DNA of 64,000 nt from an uncultured Candidatus Hydrogenedens sp. GTDB lineage: Bacteria; Desulfobacterota_D; UBA1144. The position numbers were made by a program, and so were the translations under genes. Location of the stretch: assembly GCA_902609885.1 (NCBI GenBank), contig CACLTT010000005.1, positions 15,476 to 79,475 on the forward strand, given 5' to 3'. The notes beneath the pieces were generated by a model. That model saw only the letters and a list, made by a program, of their open reading frames with translations, was not told where the DNA came from and made no database searches. How positions within the stretch are numbered: position 1 is the first letter of the stretch; every line of letters begins with the position of its first letter. Shown here piece by piece: positions 47,586 through 57,294 of this stretch.

Positions 47586-49154
47586 TTAGTGTTTGAAGTG
47601 TCTAACACCCACAAAAATCATCGAAATTCCATGTTCTTCACATGCTTCAATAACTTCTTCGTCTCTAATTGAACCACCTGGCTGGACAATTGCTTTAACT
47701 CCAGCTTTAGCAGCTTCATCTATACCATCTCGAAAAGGGAAGAATGCATCAGAGGCAAGGACAGATCCTTCTGTTCCATAATGTTCAGAAGCTTTTATAG
47801 TAGCTAATTGAACAGAATTAACCCTATTCATTTGTCCCGCACCTATACCTACGGTTTTATTATTTTTTGCAAAGACTATTGCATTTGATTTAACATTTTT
47901 ACAAATTTTCCATGCTAATTTCAAAGTTTCTATTTCCTTGGGTGACGGCTGTTTTTTGGTTGCAACTTTATAATCTTCAAAATCCTCATCTGAAGTATCA
48001 TCTGCATCTTGGTACAGAACTCCACCAACAACTTTCTTGATATCTTTGGAACTTTCAGTTGATTTAATTATTTCGGGAGATTTTAATACTCTCAAGTTTT
48101 GTTTTTTTGTAAGAATTTCCATCGCCTCTGAATCATAATCAGGTGCTATTAGAACTTCAATAAATGTTTTTGAAATTTCTTCAGCTACATTTTTTGATAC
48201 TTTTGTATTAAAAGCAACAATACCACCAAATGCACTTACAGGATCGCAGTCTCTTGCGTCTATATATGCTTGTAGTTGGTTTTCATGTATAGCTGCTCCA
48301 CAAGGATTATTGTGTTTTACAATCACGCAGGCAGTTTCGTTAAATTCTTTAACAGTTTCAAAGCAAGAATCAGCATCATATATATTATTTAAGGATAACT
48401 CTTTACCTTGTAATTGTTTAGAGTTTGCAACACAGGCTTCTTCAATATTTTTTTGAACAAAAAATGAAGCATCTTGATGAGGATTCTCTCCATACCTTAG
48501 ATCATATGCTTTTTCAAAATGAAGGGTTAATGTATCTGGCATTTTATTCTTGCTATTGTCGGTATTTAAAATTCCAAGATGATTTGATATTGAAGCATCA
48601 TAATTTGCAACATATGAAAAAGCTTTTTTTGCTAGTGTATAATTTAGATCCTTATCAACAATTATTTCTTTATCCTTTTCATTTGAGGTTAATAAATCGT
48701 AATCTTTGGAGTCGACTATTACAGACACATCTTGAAAGTTTTTTGCTGCTGCTCTTACAATTGTAGGGCCACCAATATCGATATTTTCAATTGTCTCTTG
48801 AAATGATACACCTTCTTTTTTAATAGTTTCTTCAAAGGGATAAAAATTTACCACAACTAAATCAATTAATTGAATATCATTATTTTTTGTATCTTTGATA
48901 TGAGACGGATTTTCTCTTATCGCCAATATTCCCCCATGAATTTTAGGATGAAGAGTTTTTACTCTTCCATCTAGCATCTCAGGAAACCCTGTAATTTCTG
49001 ATACGTCTTTTACGTTCAATCCGGAGTCGCGTAAATACTTTGCTGTTCCACCGCTTGATATAATCTCTATACCACATTCACTAAGTTTTTTTGCAAAAGT
49101 ATCAAGCCCTGATTTATCCCAAACACTAATTAATGCTCTGTGAATTTTCTTCAT
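47586..49154 (-). CDS. purH: bifunctional AICAR transformylase / IMP cyclohydrolase
   Basis: 522 aa with ALISVWDKSGL, MLDGRVKTLHPKIHGGILA, and a C-terminal ...GVRHFKH. Confidence 0.95.
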   Translation of the reverse strand: MKKIHRALISVWDKSGLDTFAKKLSECGIEIISSGGTAKYLRDSGLNVKDVSEITGFPEMLDGRVKTLHPKIHGGILAIRENPSHIKDTKNNDIQLIDLVVVNFYPFEETIKKEGVSFQETIENIDIGGPTIVRAAAKNFQDVSVIVDSKDYDLLTSNEKDKEIIVDKDLNYTLAKKAFSYVANYDASISNHLGILNTDNSKNKMPDTLTLHFEKAYDLRYGENPHQDASFFVQKNIEEACVANSKQLQGKELSLNNIYDADSCFETVKEFNETACVIVKHNNPCGAAIHENQLQAYIDARDCDPVSAFGGIVAFNTKVSKNVAEEISKTFIEVLIAPDYDSEAMEILTKKQNLRVLKSPEIIKSTESSKDIKKVVGGVLYQDADDTSDEDFEDYKVATKKQPSPKEIETLKLAWKICKNVKSNAIVFAKNNKTVGIGAGQMNRVNSVQLATIKASEHYGTEGSVLASDAFFPFRDGIDEAAKAGVKAIVQPGGSIRDEEVIEACEEHGISMIFVGVRHFKH

Positions 49155-49249
49155 AAAAGTATATATATTCTATTCTAATAATTGTATTTTTGGAAGATGC
49201 TATTAATTTTCTTGCCTTAAGTCGCGTATTATATTAAAACTTTAAATAT

Positions 49250-50125
49250 ATGAAATATAAATACAAGAATTTATTAACTGAAAAACTCTATAATGATGGC
49301 GATTTTAATTTTAAAAGTGATATTGTTGAAACTTTTATAAAAAACCATAATGAAATATATGAATCTTTAATAAAGAATTCAAAAAAAATAAATAAAGCAT
49401 CAAATATTCTTCAAGATATATATTTAAATGGTGGACGTATTTTTTTTATTGGTGCTGGAACAAGTGGGAGGCTAGGAGTAATAGAAGCTGCTGAAATGCC
49501 ACCAACTTTTGGGGTTAGATCTGGAAAATTTATAGGTCTAATTGCAGGAGGCAAAAAAGCTCTTACGGTTGCAGCTGAAGGAGCAGAGGATCAAGGTGAA
49601 CTTGCGATAAATGAACTCGAAAAATATAATTTCAATAAAAAAGATCTTTTGGTCGGTATATCTGCAAGTGGAACCTCTGAATATGTTTTATCAGCTTTAA
49701 GAAAAGCCAAAAAAATGAAAATAAAAAATATCTTATTAACTTGCAATAAGCCAAAGGTTAAGATATCAGATCTTGATATTGTTTTGAGAGTTGGTCCTGA
49801 AATACTGGCAGGATCTACTAGACTAAAATCTGGCACGATTACCAAGATAGCTTTAAATATAATTACTACAAGTGCTATGATGATGGCAAATCATAGTTAC
49901 AAAGGATTAATGATTGATATAAAACCCACTACCAAAAAACTAAGGGCAAGATGCATAAATAATTTATCAATAATTTTAAAAATTGATGACTCATTGGCAG
50001 TAAAGTTATTAGAAAAATCAAAATGGAATATTAGAGTGGCTGTTATAATGTATAAATTAAATGTAAATTATCCTAAAGCAAAAAAATTATCACGAGAACT
50101 AATATTTAAGGATTTACTAGGATAA
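49250..50125 (+). CDS. murQ: N-acetylmuramic acid 6-phosphate etherase
   Basis: 291 aa. SIS domain with FFIGAGTSGRLGVIEAAEMPPTFG, and ...GSTRLKSGT. Confidence 0.88.
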   Translation: MKYKYKNLLTEKLYNDGDFNFKSDIVETFIKNHNEIYESLIKNSKKINKASNILQDIYLNGGRIFFIGAGTSGRLGVIEAAEMPPTFGVRSGKFIGLIAGGKKALTVAAEGAEDQGELAINELEKYNFNKKDLLVGISASGTSEYVLSALRKAKKMKIKNILLTCNKPKVKISDLDIVLRVGPEILAGSTRLKSGTITKIALNIITTSAMMMANHSYKGLMIDIKPTTKKLRARCINNLSIILKIDDSLAVKLLEKSKWNIRVAVIMYKLNVNYPKAKKLSRELIFKDLLG

Positions 50126-50129
50126 GCAA

Positions 50130-51236
50130 ATGCAGATAGTAGGAGTTAATTCAGGAACGTCTGTTGATTCTTTGGATGTTGCAATCTTTAATGTATCTAA
50201 AAATAAAATTTCATTTTTAAATGGCCAAAGTTTTAAATATCCTACAATTTTATCGGATGAAATTAGAAGTTTAGGTCCCAATTCTTCAATTTTTCAAGTT
50301 GATAATATTTCTATAAAGTTAGGTGAATTTGTTGGAAGAAAAATTAATAATTTATTAAAATCTAGTAAATATAAACCAGAAATAATAGGAATGCATGGTC
50401 AGACAATTCATCATGCTAACGATATAAAAAATACTACTACAATTCAAATTACTGAGGCTGACTCTGTAGCACTATTAACCAATATCGATGTTATACATGA
50501 TTTTCGAAAAAAGGATGTTGTTTCAGGAGGAACTGCCGCTCCTTTTGTTCCCATCCTTGATCATATTCTTTTTCAATCCATAAAAAGACCTTTTATTGCT
50601 CAAAACTTAGGGGGTATTGCTAATACAACACTGGTTCATAAAAACTTTGATAAGACCATTGGTTATGACTCAGGACCAGCAAATTCATTAATTGATAAAG
50701 TAATTTATAAGTACTCAAAAGGAGAGTATTTGTATGATAAAAATGGAGAATTTGCTAAAAAAGGAAAAATATTCAAACCCTTGCTAAGTAAGATTTTGGT
50801 AAATAATTATTTTAGAAGAAAACCACCAAAATCAACAGGTAACATCGAGTTTGGAATTCAATATGTAAATGATCTTTTATCATATTGTGCTACAAAGAAT
50901 CTGGAAATCTATGATATTTTAGCAACTTTAACTGAAGTAACAGTAGAAACTATAGCTAAATCTTATGAGCAATTTATATTTAAAAATCATAAAATTAGGC
51001 AAGTAGTTTTATCAGGCGGCGGAACAAAAAATAAATTCTTGTTAAGTCGATTAAAAAGAAGACTTCCCATGATAGATTTTTTAATTTCTGACGATTCGGG
51101 TATGCCATCAAGGTTTAAGGAATGTGCTCTTTTTGCTTATCTTGCTTTTTTAAGACTAAATAAAATTGAAGTTAACTTGAAAAATATTACAGGATCAAAA
51201 TATAAAGTAATATTAGGTAAAATTTCATCTAAATGA
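50130..51236 (+). CDS. anmK: anhydro-N-acetylmuramic acid kinase
   Basis: 368 aa with N-terminal VGVNSGTSVDSLDVAIF and C-terminal LSGGGTKNKFL. Confidence 0.85.
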   Translation: MQIVGVNSGTSVDSLDVAIFNVSKNKISFLNGQSFKYPTILSDEIRSLGPNSSIFQVDNISIKLGEFVGRKINNLLKSSKYKPEIIGMHGQTIHHANDIKNTTTIQITEADSVALLTNIDVIHDFRKKDVVSGGTAAPFVPILDHILFQSIKRPFIAQNLGGIANTTLVHKNFDKTIGYDSGPANSLIDKVIYKYSKGEYLYDKNGEFAKKGKIFKPLLSKILVNNYFRRKPPKSTGNIEFGIQYVNDLLSYCATKNLEIYDILATLTEVTVETIAKSYEQFIFKNHKIRQVVLSGGGTKNKFLLSRLKRRLPMIDFLISDDSGMPSRFKECALFAYLAFLRLNKIEVNLKNITGSKYKVILGKISSK

Positions 51237-52204
51237 AAATCTTATCAAATTTAATTATCCCCAGAGTAAATTTAAATTCTTCAGAATCTATAAATAATGC
51301 ACTGGTATTAGCAAAAGATTATGACATAGATTCATTTATTTTATTTTCTAGCGATGAGGTCAAATTTGAAAAAGTTTCTCCATTTTCCATTGAAAACTTA
51401 AAACTTTTTCAAAAAGAGCTTAATAAAATTTTAAAAAATTTTTTTTTATATATTGATGCTGAAAAAGGACTTGGACATAGATGTAAAGATGGATTTTTAT
51501 ATAAAGATGATTTGATATCTAATAACCCCGATTATATTAAAAAAATTTTTAATAAAATTAATTCGGAGCTTAAAAAATATAATATTTTTTGTAATTTAGC
51601 TCCAGTTGTGGACTTTAATATTAATAACCAGGATATTTTAAAGGGCCGAGTTCTTGGTAATGATATTGATTCCATAATTAGCAATTGTTCATTATTTTTA
51701 GATTCATGTTTGAAAAATAAAATTGTTCCTTGTCTTAAGCATTTTCCAGGTCATGGTGCACTAAATGGTGATACCCATGTTCAGCTTTCAAAGTCTCAGG
51801 ATGATATAGATTTACTTATGAGTCTGCATATTAAGCAATTTAAAATTTTTTTTAAAAAGTCTCCATTAATTATGGTTAACCATGGATGGTATACGAATTT
51901 TGATTCATTAGAATTGCCAGCTAGTCTTTCAAAAAATATTATTACTAAACTACTTAAAATCAAATTGAACTACAAAGGGCTTGTTGTTGCAGATTCAATT
52001 AGAATGAATGCCCTATCAGAAAATTATGAAGAGAAATTAATTGTCCAGTCTTTTTTTGAAGCAGGAGGAGACTTATTATTAGATCCTTATAACCCAATCG
52101 AATGTCTTTTAGTTTTGAGTTCAATATATGAGAATGACAAAACAACCTTTGATGATAAAATTAAAAAAATTTTAAAATTTAAAGATATATATAGATATGA
52201 ATAA
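51233..52204 (+). CDS. nagZ: beta-N-acetylhexosaminidase (GH3, NagZ-like)
   Basis: 323 aa. GH3 N-terminal domain with KHFPGHGALNGDTHV and VVADSIRMNAL. Confidence 0.8.
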   Translation: MKILSNLIIPRVNLNSSESINNALVLAKDYDIDSFILFSSDEVKFEKVSPFSIENLKLFQKELNKILKNFFLYIDAEKGLGHRCKDGFLYKDDLISNNPDYIKKIFNKINSELKKYNIFCNLAPVVDFNINNQDILKGRVLGNDIDSIISNCSLFLDSCLKNKIVPCLKHFPGHGALNGDTHVQLSKSQDDIDLLMSLHIKQFKIFFKKSPLIMVNHGWYTNFDSLELPASLSKNIITKLLKIKLNYKGLVVADSIRMNALSENYEEKLIVQSFFEAGGDLLLDPYNPIECLLVLSSIYENDKTTFDDKIKKILKFKDIYRYE

Positions 52205-53888
52205 TATTTCCAATATAGATATCATTTTACTTTTAAGTTATTTATCACTCACTCTGGTGGTAAGCCTTTATATCTCACGCCAGTCCATTAGTACAATAGA
52301 ATCATATTTTATATCAAAGAGAAACAGTTCATGGTGGCTATTAGGAACATCTATGGTAGCGACTACCCTCTCAATCGATACTCCAATTGTTGTGATTGGA
52401 TGGATTTATTCTCCTGGGCTTTGGAAGAATTGGTTTTGGTGGTCATTCCTTTTTACACACAGCTTAGTTATTTTTTATTTTTCACGATATTGGAGAAGAA
52501 TCGGTGTTTTAACTGACAACGAGTTAATACAATATAGATATTCAGGATTAGAGGCAAAGTTTTTACGATATTTTAAAGCCTTTTATTTTTCAATTTTTTT
52601 TAATTTAATTATATCTGCTTGGATAATTAGTGCTTTTTTAAAAATTTTTGGAATTATTCTTGGAGATTACTCAATAGCATTACTTTTACTTTCAACTCTA
52701 ATAGCAATTTTTTACACTACGTTGTCAGGAATAAAAGGTGTCATGATAAATGATTTTATTCAGTATTTTATAGCTTTTGCGGGATCAATTGTTTTAGCAA
52801 TATTTATAATCAATTCCGATGCAATAGGGGGTTTTGAAAACTACTTTAATATGGCTAGAGATTTACCTGATGAAAAAACATCTTTTGTTCCACAAGTATT
52901 TAACTTAGAGGATTTTTTGACATTTTTAGCTTATGTGTCCATTGTATGGTGGACATCTCATAATGCTGATGGCGGAGGATATATTATACAAAGACTATGT
53001 ACTGCTAAATCAGAGAAGGATGGCGTTTTGGGGACTATCTGGTTTGTTCTAAATCACTATGTTCTTAGACTTGTTCCATGGTTATTTATTGGATTTTCAT
53101 CTTTAATAATTTTTAGCACATCGAAAGATGTTGATCCAGAGTCTATTTTTCCAATAATGATTAATAATTATTTAGGATCCGGATTTATGGGACTTATCTT
53201 AATCTCTTTAGTTGCAGCGTATATGTCAACTATAAGCACTCAAGTCAATTGGGGTTCTTCTTATTTTGTTAATGATATATATAAACTAATAAAATCTGAT
53301 ACAAGCGAAAAACATCTTGTTTTTGTAGGACGTATTTTTTCAATAATTTTTTTGATATCCGCGGTAGCCTTAGGTTTAGCAATTGATAATATTGGTAAAG
53401 TTTGGATTTTTTTATGGAGTGTTAGTTCAGGTTTAGGTTTCTTTCTAATTGCAAGATGGTTTTATTGGAGAATTAATGCTTGGTCAGAAATTAGTGCAAT
53501 TTTATCGTCTATAATTTTGTCATCTATATTTTTTATTTTAGATTTTTTTGATATTTATGAATTATCTTTTTTGAACAAATTAATAATTATTCCCATATCT
53601 ATTTTTATTGGTTTTCTCTTTACCTTTATCACCAAGCCTACACAAATTGATATACTGAACGATTTTTATAATAAAGTTTTACCTGATGGATATTGGGGAA
53701 TTTTCAAAAAAGATATCAGAAAAAATAAAAATTCCAACTTGATAGATTCCTTAATTTTTTCTAGCAGTTTAATATCTTTGTTATTTTCAATTGTTTCACT
53801 TTCTCTTGGGAACTTTAAATCATTTATAATATTTTTTTGTATAGGTATAACAATACTTATATATATTATAAGAAAAATTATACTGTAA
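52197..53888 (+). CDS. sodium:solute symporter (SSS) family transporter
   Basis: 563-aa polytopic protein with the SSS-type N-terminus (ESYFISKRNSSWWLLGTSMVATTLSIDTP). It overlaps nagZ by 8 nt, so it belongs to the same operon. Confidence 0.75.
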   Translation: MNNISNIDIILLLSYLSLTLVVSLYISRQSISTIESYFISKRNSSWWLLGTSMVATTLSIDTPIVVIGWIYSPGLWKNWFWWSFLFTHSLVIFYFSRYWRRIGVLTDNELIQYRYSGLEAKFLRYFKAFYFSIFFNLIISAWIISAFLKIFGIILGDYSIALLLLSTLIAIFYTTLSGIKGVMINDFIQYFIAFAGSIVLAIFIINSDAIGGFENYFNMARDLPDEKTSFVPQVFNLEDFLTFLAYVSIVWWTSHNADGGGYIIQRLCTAKSEKDGVLGTIWFVLNHYVLRLVPWLFIGFSSLIIFSTSKDVDPESIFPIMINNYLGSGFMGLILISLVAAYMSTISTQVNWGSSYFVNDIYKLIKSDTSEKHLVFVGRIFSIIFLISAVALGLAIDNIGKVWIFLWSVSSGLGFFLIARWFYWRINAWSEISAILSSIILSSIFFILDFFDIYELSFLNKLIIIPISIFIGFLFTFITKPTQIDILNDFYNKVLPDGYWGIFKKDIRKNKNSNLIDSLIFSSSLISLLFSIVSLSLGNFKSFIIFFCIGITILIYIIRKIIL

Positions 53889-54201
53889 AAGAAGATCCAC
53901 AACCACACTGAGCAGTTGCATTTGGATTATCAATCCCAAAGCCGGTACCATTTAAACCGTCAGAAAAATTCAATGTACCACCGTCAACATGTCCATAGCT
54001 AAATTTGTCGATAACAACTTTAATATTACTCTCTTCAAATACTTGATCTGAACTATCAATTTCATTATCAAAACCCATTTCATATGAAAACCCTGAACAC
54101 CCGCCAGGCACAACACGAATTCTTAAAAACATAGTTTTATCTTCTTCTTCGCCCAATAGTCTTGAAATTTCATTTACGGCTTTATCGCTAATATTAAACA
54201 C
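53878..54201 (-). CDS. erpA: iron-sulfur cluster insertion protein (HesB/IscA/ErpA family)
   Basis: 107 aa with VVPGGCSGFSY and the C-terminal CGCGSSF motif. Confidence 0.88.
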   Translation of the reverse strand: MFNISDKAVNEISRLLGEEEDKTMFLRIRVVPGGCSGFSYEMGFDNEIDSSDQVFEESNIKVVIDKFSYGHVDGGTLNFSDGLNGTGFGIDNPNATAQCGCGSSFTV

Positions 54202-54272
54202 ATTAATAGTTTAATGAATTTTTTTTTCATATCAATATCAGATGAATTTAAAGAGTATGATATATTAGGTAT

Positions 54273-55379
54273 ATGAAGGCAATGAAATTAATATACGATT
54301 CGACCTCAAAATCACCAGATTTGCTTTATTTAAGTGGTTTTCATGCACCTGATCCAATTATTTACTTTGAGATTTCTCGAAAGAAACATCTCGTTTTGAA
54401 TGACCTTGAATATGAAAGGGGTCTTTACGAATCCAAGGTAGATAAAATAATGCGGCTAAATGATTTTATAGATTCAAAAAAAAATAATTCTTTAGAAGAT
54501 ATTTTATCAAGAATAATAAAAGAAATGAAAATAGAAAAAATTATCGTACCTTATTCATTCCCATCTTATTTATTTCAAAAGTTACCTAAAAAAATAAATA
54601 AAGAAATTTTAGACACTAATATCTTTTGTAAAGAAAGACTTATTAAATCAAAAGAAGAAATTAAAAAAATAAAATTAATAATGTCGAAAACTGAGAAAGT
54701 GATGGGTGAGATAATTAAAATTATAAAATATTCGAAAATTAGAAATAATTATTTGATTCATAATTCTAAAATACTTACATCAGAATATTTAATAAAGTTT
54801 TGTCAGAGTGAACTTTTTAAATATTCTTTAACATGCCCAGAATGTATAATTGCTGGAGATAGCAAATCTACTCAACCTCATAATCATGGTTCAGGTCCTT
54901 TAAAACAATCAACATCTATTGTAATTGATATTTTTCCAAAGAGCCTTATAAATGGATATTATGGGGATATAACCAGAACAGTTTGCAAAGGTAAGCCAGA
55001 TAAAATTTTGAAAAATATGTTCAAAGTTGTTTTGAGAGGACAAAAATTAGGCTTAAATATGTTAAAAGCAGGAGTGGATGGCATGAAAGTCCATAACAAG
55101 ATTTTAAATGAATTTAATAAATCAAATTTTATTACTTCTACTGACAGTGATAAGCCGCAAGGTTTTATTCATTCCACTGGTCATGGTTTAGGATTAGAAA
55201 TACATGAACCTCCAAGAATTTCAAAAGCCAAAGAAATATTGAAGGAAGGGAATGTTGTTACTGTTGAACCAGGCTTATACTACTCTAGTATAGGCGGAGT
55301 TAGAATTGAGGATACTGTAGTAATTGAAAAATCAGGAATTAAAAATCTAACCAAATTTCCAAAGTTCTTTGAAGTTTAA
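54273..55379 (+). CDS. M24-family Xaa-Pro peptidase
   Basis: 368 aa. Metal-ligand contexts DITRT, HSTGHGLGLEIHEPP, VEPGLY and RIEDTVVI. Confidence 0.82.
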   Translation: MKAMKLIYDSTSKSPDLLYLSGFHAPDPIIYFEISRKKHLVLNDLEYERGLYESKVDKIMRLNDFIDSKKNNSLEDILSRIIKEMKIEKIIVPYSFPSYLFQKLPKKINKEILDTNIFCKERLIKSKEEIKKIKLIMSKTEKVMGEIIKIIKYSKIRNNYLIHNSKILTSEYLIKFCQSELFKYSLTCPECIIAGDSKSTQPHNHGSGPLKQSTSIVIDIFPKSLINGYYGDITRTVCKGKPDKILKNMFKVVLRGQKLGLNMLKAGVDGMKVHNKILNEFNKSNFITSTDSDKPQGFIHSTGHGLGLEIHEPPRISKAKEILKEGNVVTVEPGLYYSSIGGVRIEDTVVIEKSGIKNLTKFPKFFEV

Positions 55380-55380
55380 A

Positions 55381-56121
55381 ATGAATAATTTAGACAAACT
55401 CTTAGTTATTACAAAAAAATTAAGATCTGAAGATGGATGTCCGTGGGATAGAAAGCTTACTTTAAAAGATTTAAAACCTTATATCCTTGAAGAAGCATAT
55501 GAAATAATAGATGCTCTTGAAAAAAATAATAAAAATAATATTAAAGAGGAGGCAGGAGATTTATTATTACAAATAATTTTTATATCTAATATATGCGAAG
55601 AAAATAAAGATTTTAATTTTTCAGATGTCATTGTTGAGCTTACTAATAAACTAATCAGAAGGCATCCTCATGTTTTTGGAGATAAAATCGCAAATACTGC
55701 TGGTGATGCAAAAGAAATTTGGGATTATCAAAAAAAATCTGAAAAAACTAAAGATAAACTTAACTCTGATACGCCCAATATAAGAGCAATTAAAATTTCT
55801 AAAGAGCATGCAAAGAGGGGACTAGAGTTCTCATCATCTAATGAAATTTTAAATAAATTAAAAGAGGAAATTACTGAGTTTCAAGTTGCTAAAAATAATA
55901 AAAATATTGACAGCATGGAAGATGAGGTAGGTGATATCATCTTTACATGCCTTAATTTGTGTAGATTTAATAAAATAAATCCTGACATTGCTTTAGCTAG
56001 AAGCGTAAAAAAATTCCAACAAAGATCAGAGAAGTTTTTTGAAATAGTTGATAAAGGGGATACTGATTTAAATAATGCATGGAATAAGGCTAAATCAATT
56101 ACTAAAAAGTCTGTTAAGTAA
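55381..56121 (+). CDS. mazG: nucleoside triphosphate pyrophosphohydrolase MazG
   Basis: About 246 aa from ATG 55381. Motifs CPWDRKLTLKDLKPYILEEAYEIIDAL and a second MazG repeat (EDEVGDIIFT). Confidence 0.88.
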   Translation: MNNLDKLLVITKKLRSEDGCPWDRKLTLKDLKPYILEEAYEIIDALEKNNKNNIKEEAGDLLLQIIFISNICEENKDFNFSDVIVELTNKLIRRHPHVFGDKIANTAGDAKEIWDYQKKSEKTKDKLNSDTPNIRAIKISKEHAKRGLEFSSSNEILNKLKEEITEFQVAKNNKNIDSMEDEVGDIIFTCLNLCRFNKINPDIALARSVKKFQQRSEKFFEIVDKGDTDLNNAWNKAKSITKKSVK

Positions 56122-57294
56122 TTTATAGCCATCATTAATTATATTTTCTGTTTGTCCTACAATACTTTCTGTAAAATTTTTAAAATTGTGATTACTCAAA
56201 TTACTGTTTTTTTCATAGATTATATAAGGGACATATTCATAGCTATGAGTTCTTAGCTCAATCGGGGTAGGGTGATCTGAAACAATACATAATCTATAAT
56301 CTTTAAAATTTGAATCAAGTTCATCAATAAGAGGTTTCAATACTTTTGAATCTAAATCCTCTATTGCTTGTATTTTTTTTTGATAATCTCCTTCATGTCC
56401 TGTTTCATCTGGGGCTTCTATATGTAACATTAAAAAATCATTATTTATCAAAGATTGTATTCCCGCCTTAACTTTTCCAGCATAATTAGTATCTAAATAT
56501 CCTGTTGCGCCTGGGACATTTATAACATCTAGGCCTGCGCACTTTCCTATTCCTTTTACTAAATCAACTGCAGAAATAACTGAACCATTAATACCATTAA
56601 TCTCTTCAAAATTTGGCAATATAGTTTTTTTTCCTTCACCCCAAAGCCAAATATCACTAACTTTCTCATTTTTGAATTGGCTAAATTCGTCTTTAAAATC
56701 TTTAATTTTTTTATTTGCTACTTTCATTATTGATATTATTTCACTACTATCAGAACCGTTTGGTAAAAATTTATCTATATCTTTTTCTAATATATCATGT
56801 GGTGGTGTCGTTTCAATTTGGTCAATTGGATTTCTTGATACTAGAATATGCCTATAGCTAACCCCTGGATATAAAACATTGTTTTTATTATCAATAAATT
56901 TTTTTAAATAATTGATAATTATATGAGCTTTTTCTGTCTTAATATGCCCTGCAGAGTAGTCTTCCATAATACTTGATTCATTAATGTTAACTATATTTAC
57001 AAGATTACATCTGAAAGTTATATCATTTTTACCAAGATTTATTCCAATACTTTCTGCCTCAAGAGGAGACCTTCCTGTAAAAAATTTTACTGGGTCATAT
57101 CCTAATACACTTAAATTCCCTACATCACTACCAGATTTAAAACCTTTGGGAATATGATTTACAGAGCCAACTTCAGATTTTTCTAAAATTCTATTAATAG
57201 TTGGTGTTCTAGCTACTTCCAATGGAGTTTTATTATCTAGTTGTTTTAAAGGTCGGTCAGGCATTCCATCTGCCTGCAGAATAATAAATTTCAT
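56095..57294 (-). CDS. archaeal-type cofactor-independent phosphoglycerate mutase family protein (ApgM / proposed homoserine kinase family)
   Basis: 399 aa with MKFIILQADGMPDRP..KTPLEVARTPTINRI..GSDVGNLSVLGYDP..FRCNLV and a C-terminal ..SDHPTP. It is a metalloenzyme of the alkaline-phosphatase superfamily. Confidence 0.75.
   Translation of the reverse strand: MKFIILQADGMPDRPLKQLDNKTPLEVARTPTINRILEKSEVGSVNHIPKGFKSGSDVGNLSVLGYDPVKFFTGRSPLEAESIGINLGKNDITFRCNLVNIVNINESSIMEDYSAGHIKTEKAHIIINYLKKFIDNKNNVLYPGVSYRHILVSRNPIDQIETTPPHDILEKDIDKFLPNGSDSSEIISIMKVANKKIKDFKDEFSQFKNEKVSDIWLWGEGKKTILPNFEEINGINGSVISAVDLVKGIGKCAGLDVINVPGATGYLDTNYAGKVKAGIQSLINNDFLMLHIEAPDETGHEGDYQKKIQAIEDLDSKVLKPLIDELDSNFKDYRLCIVSDHPTPIELRTHSYEYVPYIIYEKNSNLSNHNFKNFTESIVGQTENIINDGYKLLNRLFSN

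Noticed and set aside
52331-52516. 61-aa plus-strand ORF inside the SSS transporter gene; other 60-90-aa track ORFs nested in larger genes
   Set aside because: These are alternative-frame or antisense ORFs wholly contained in well-supported longer genes, with no independent signals.
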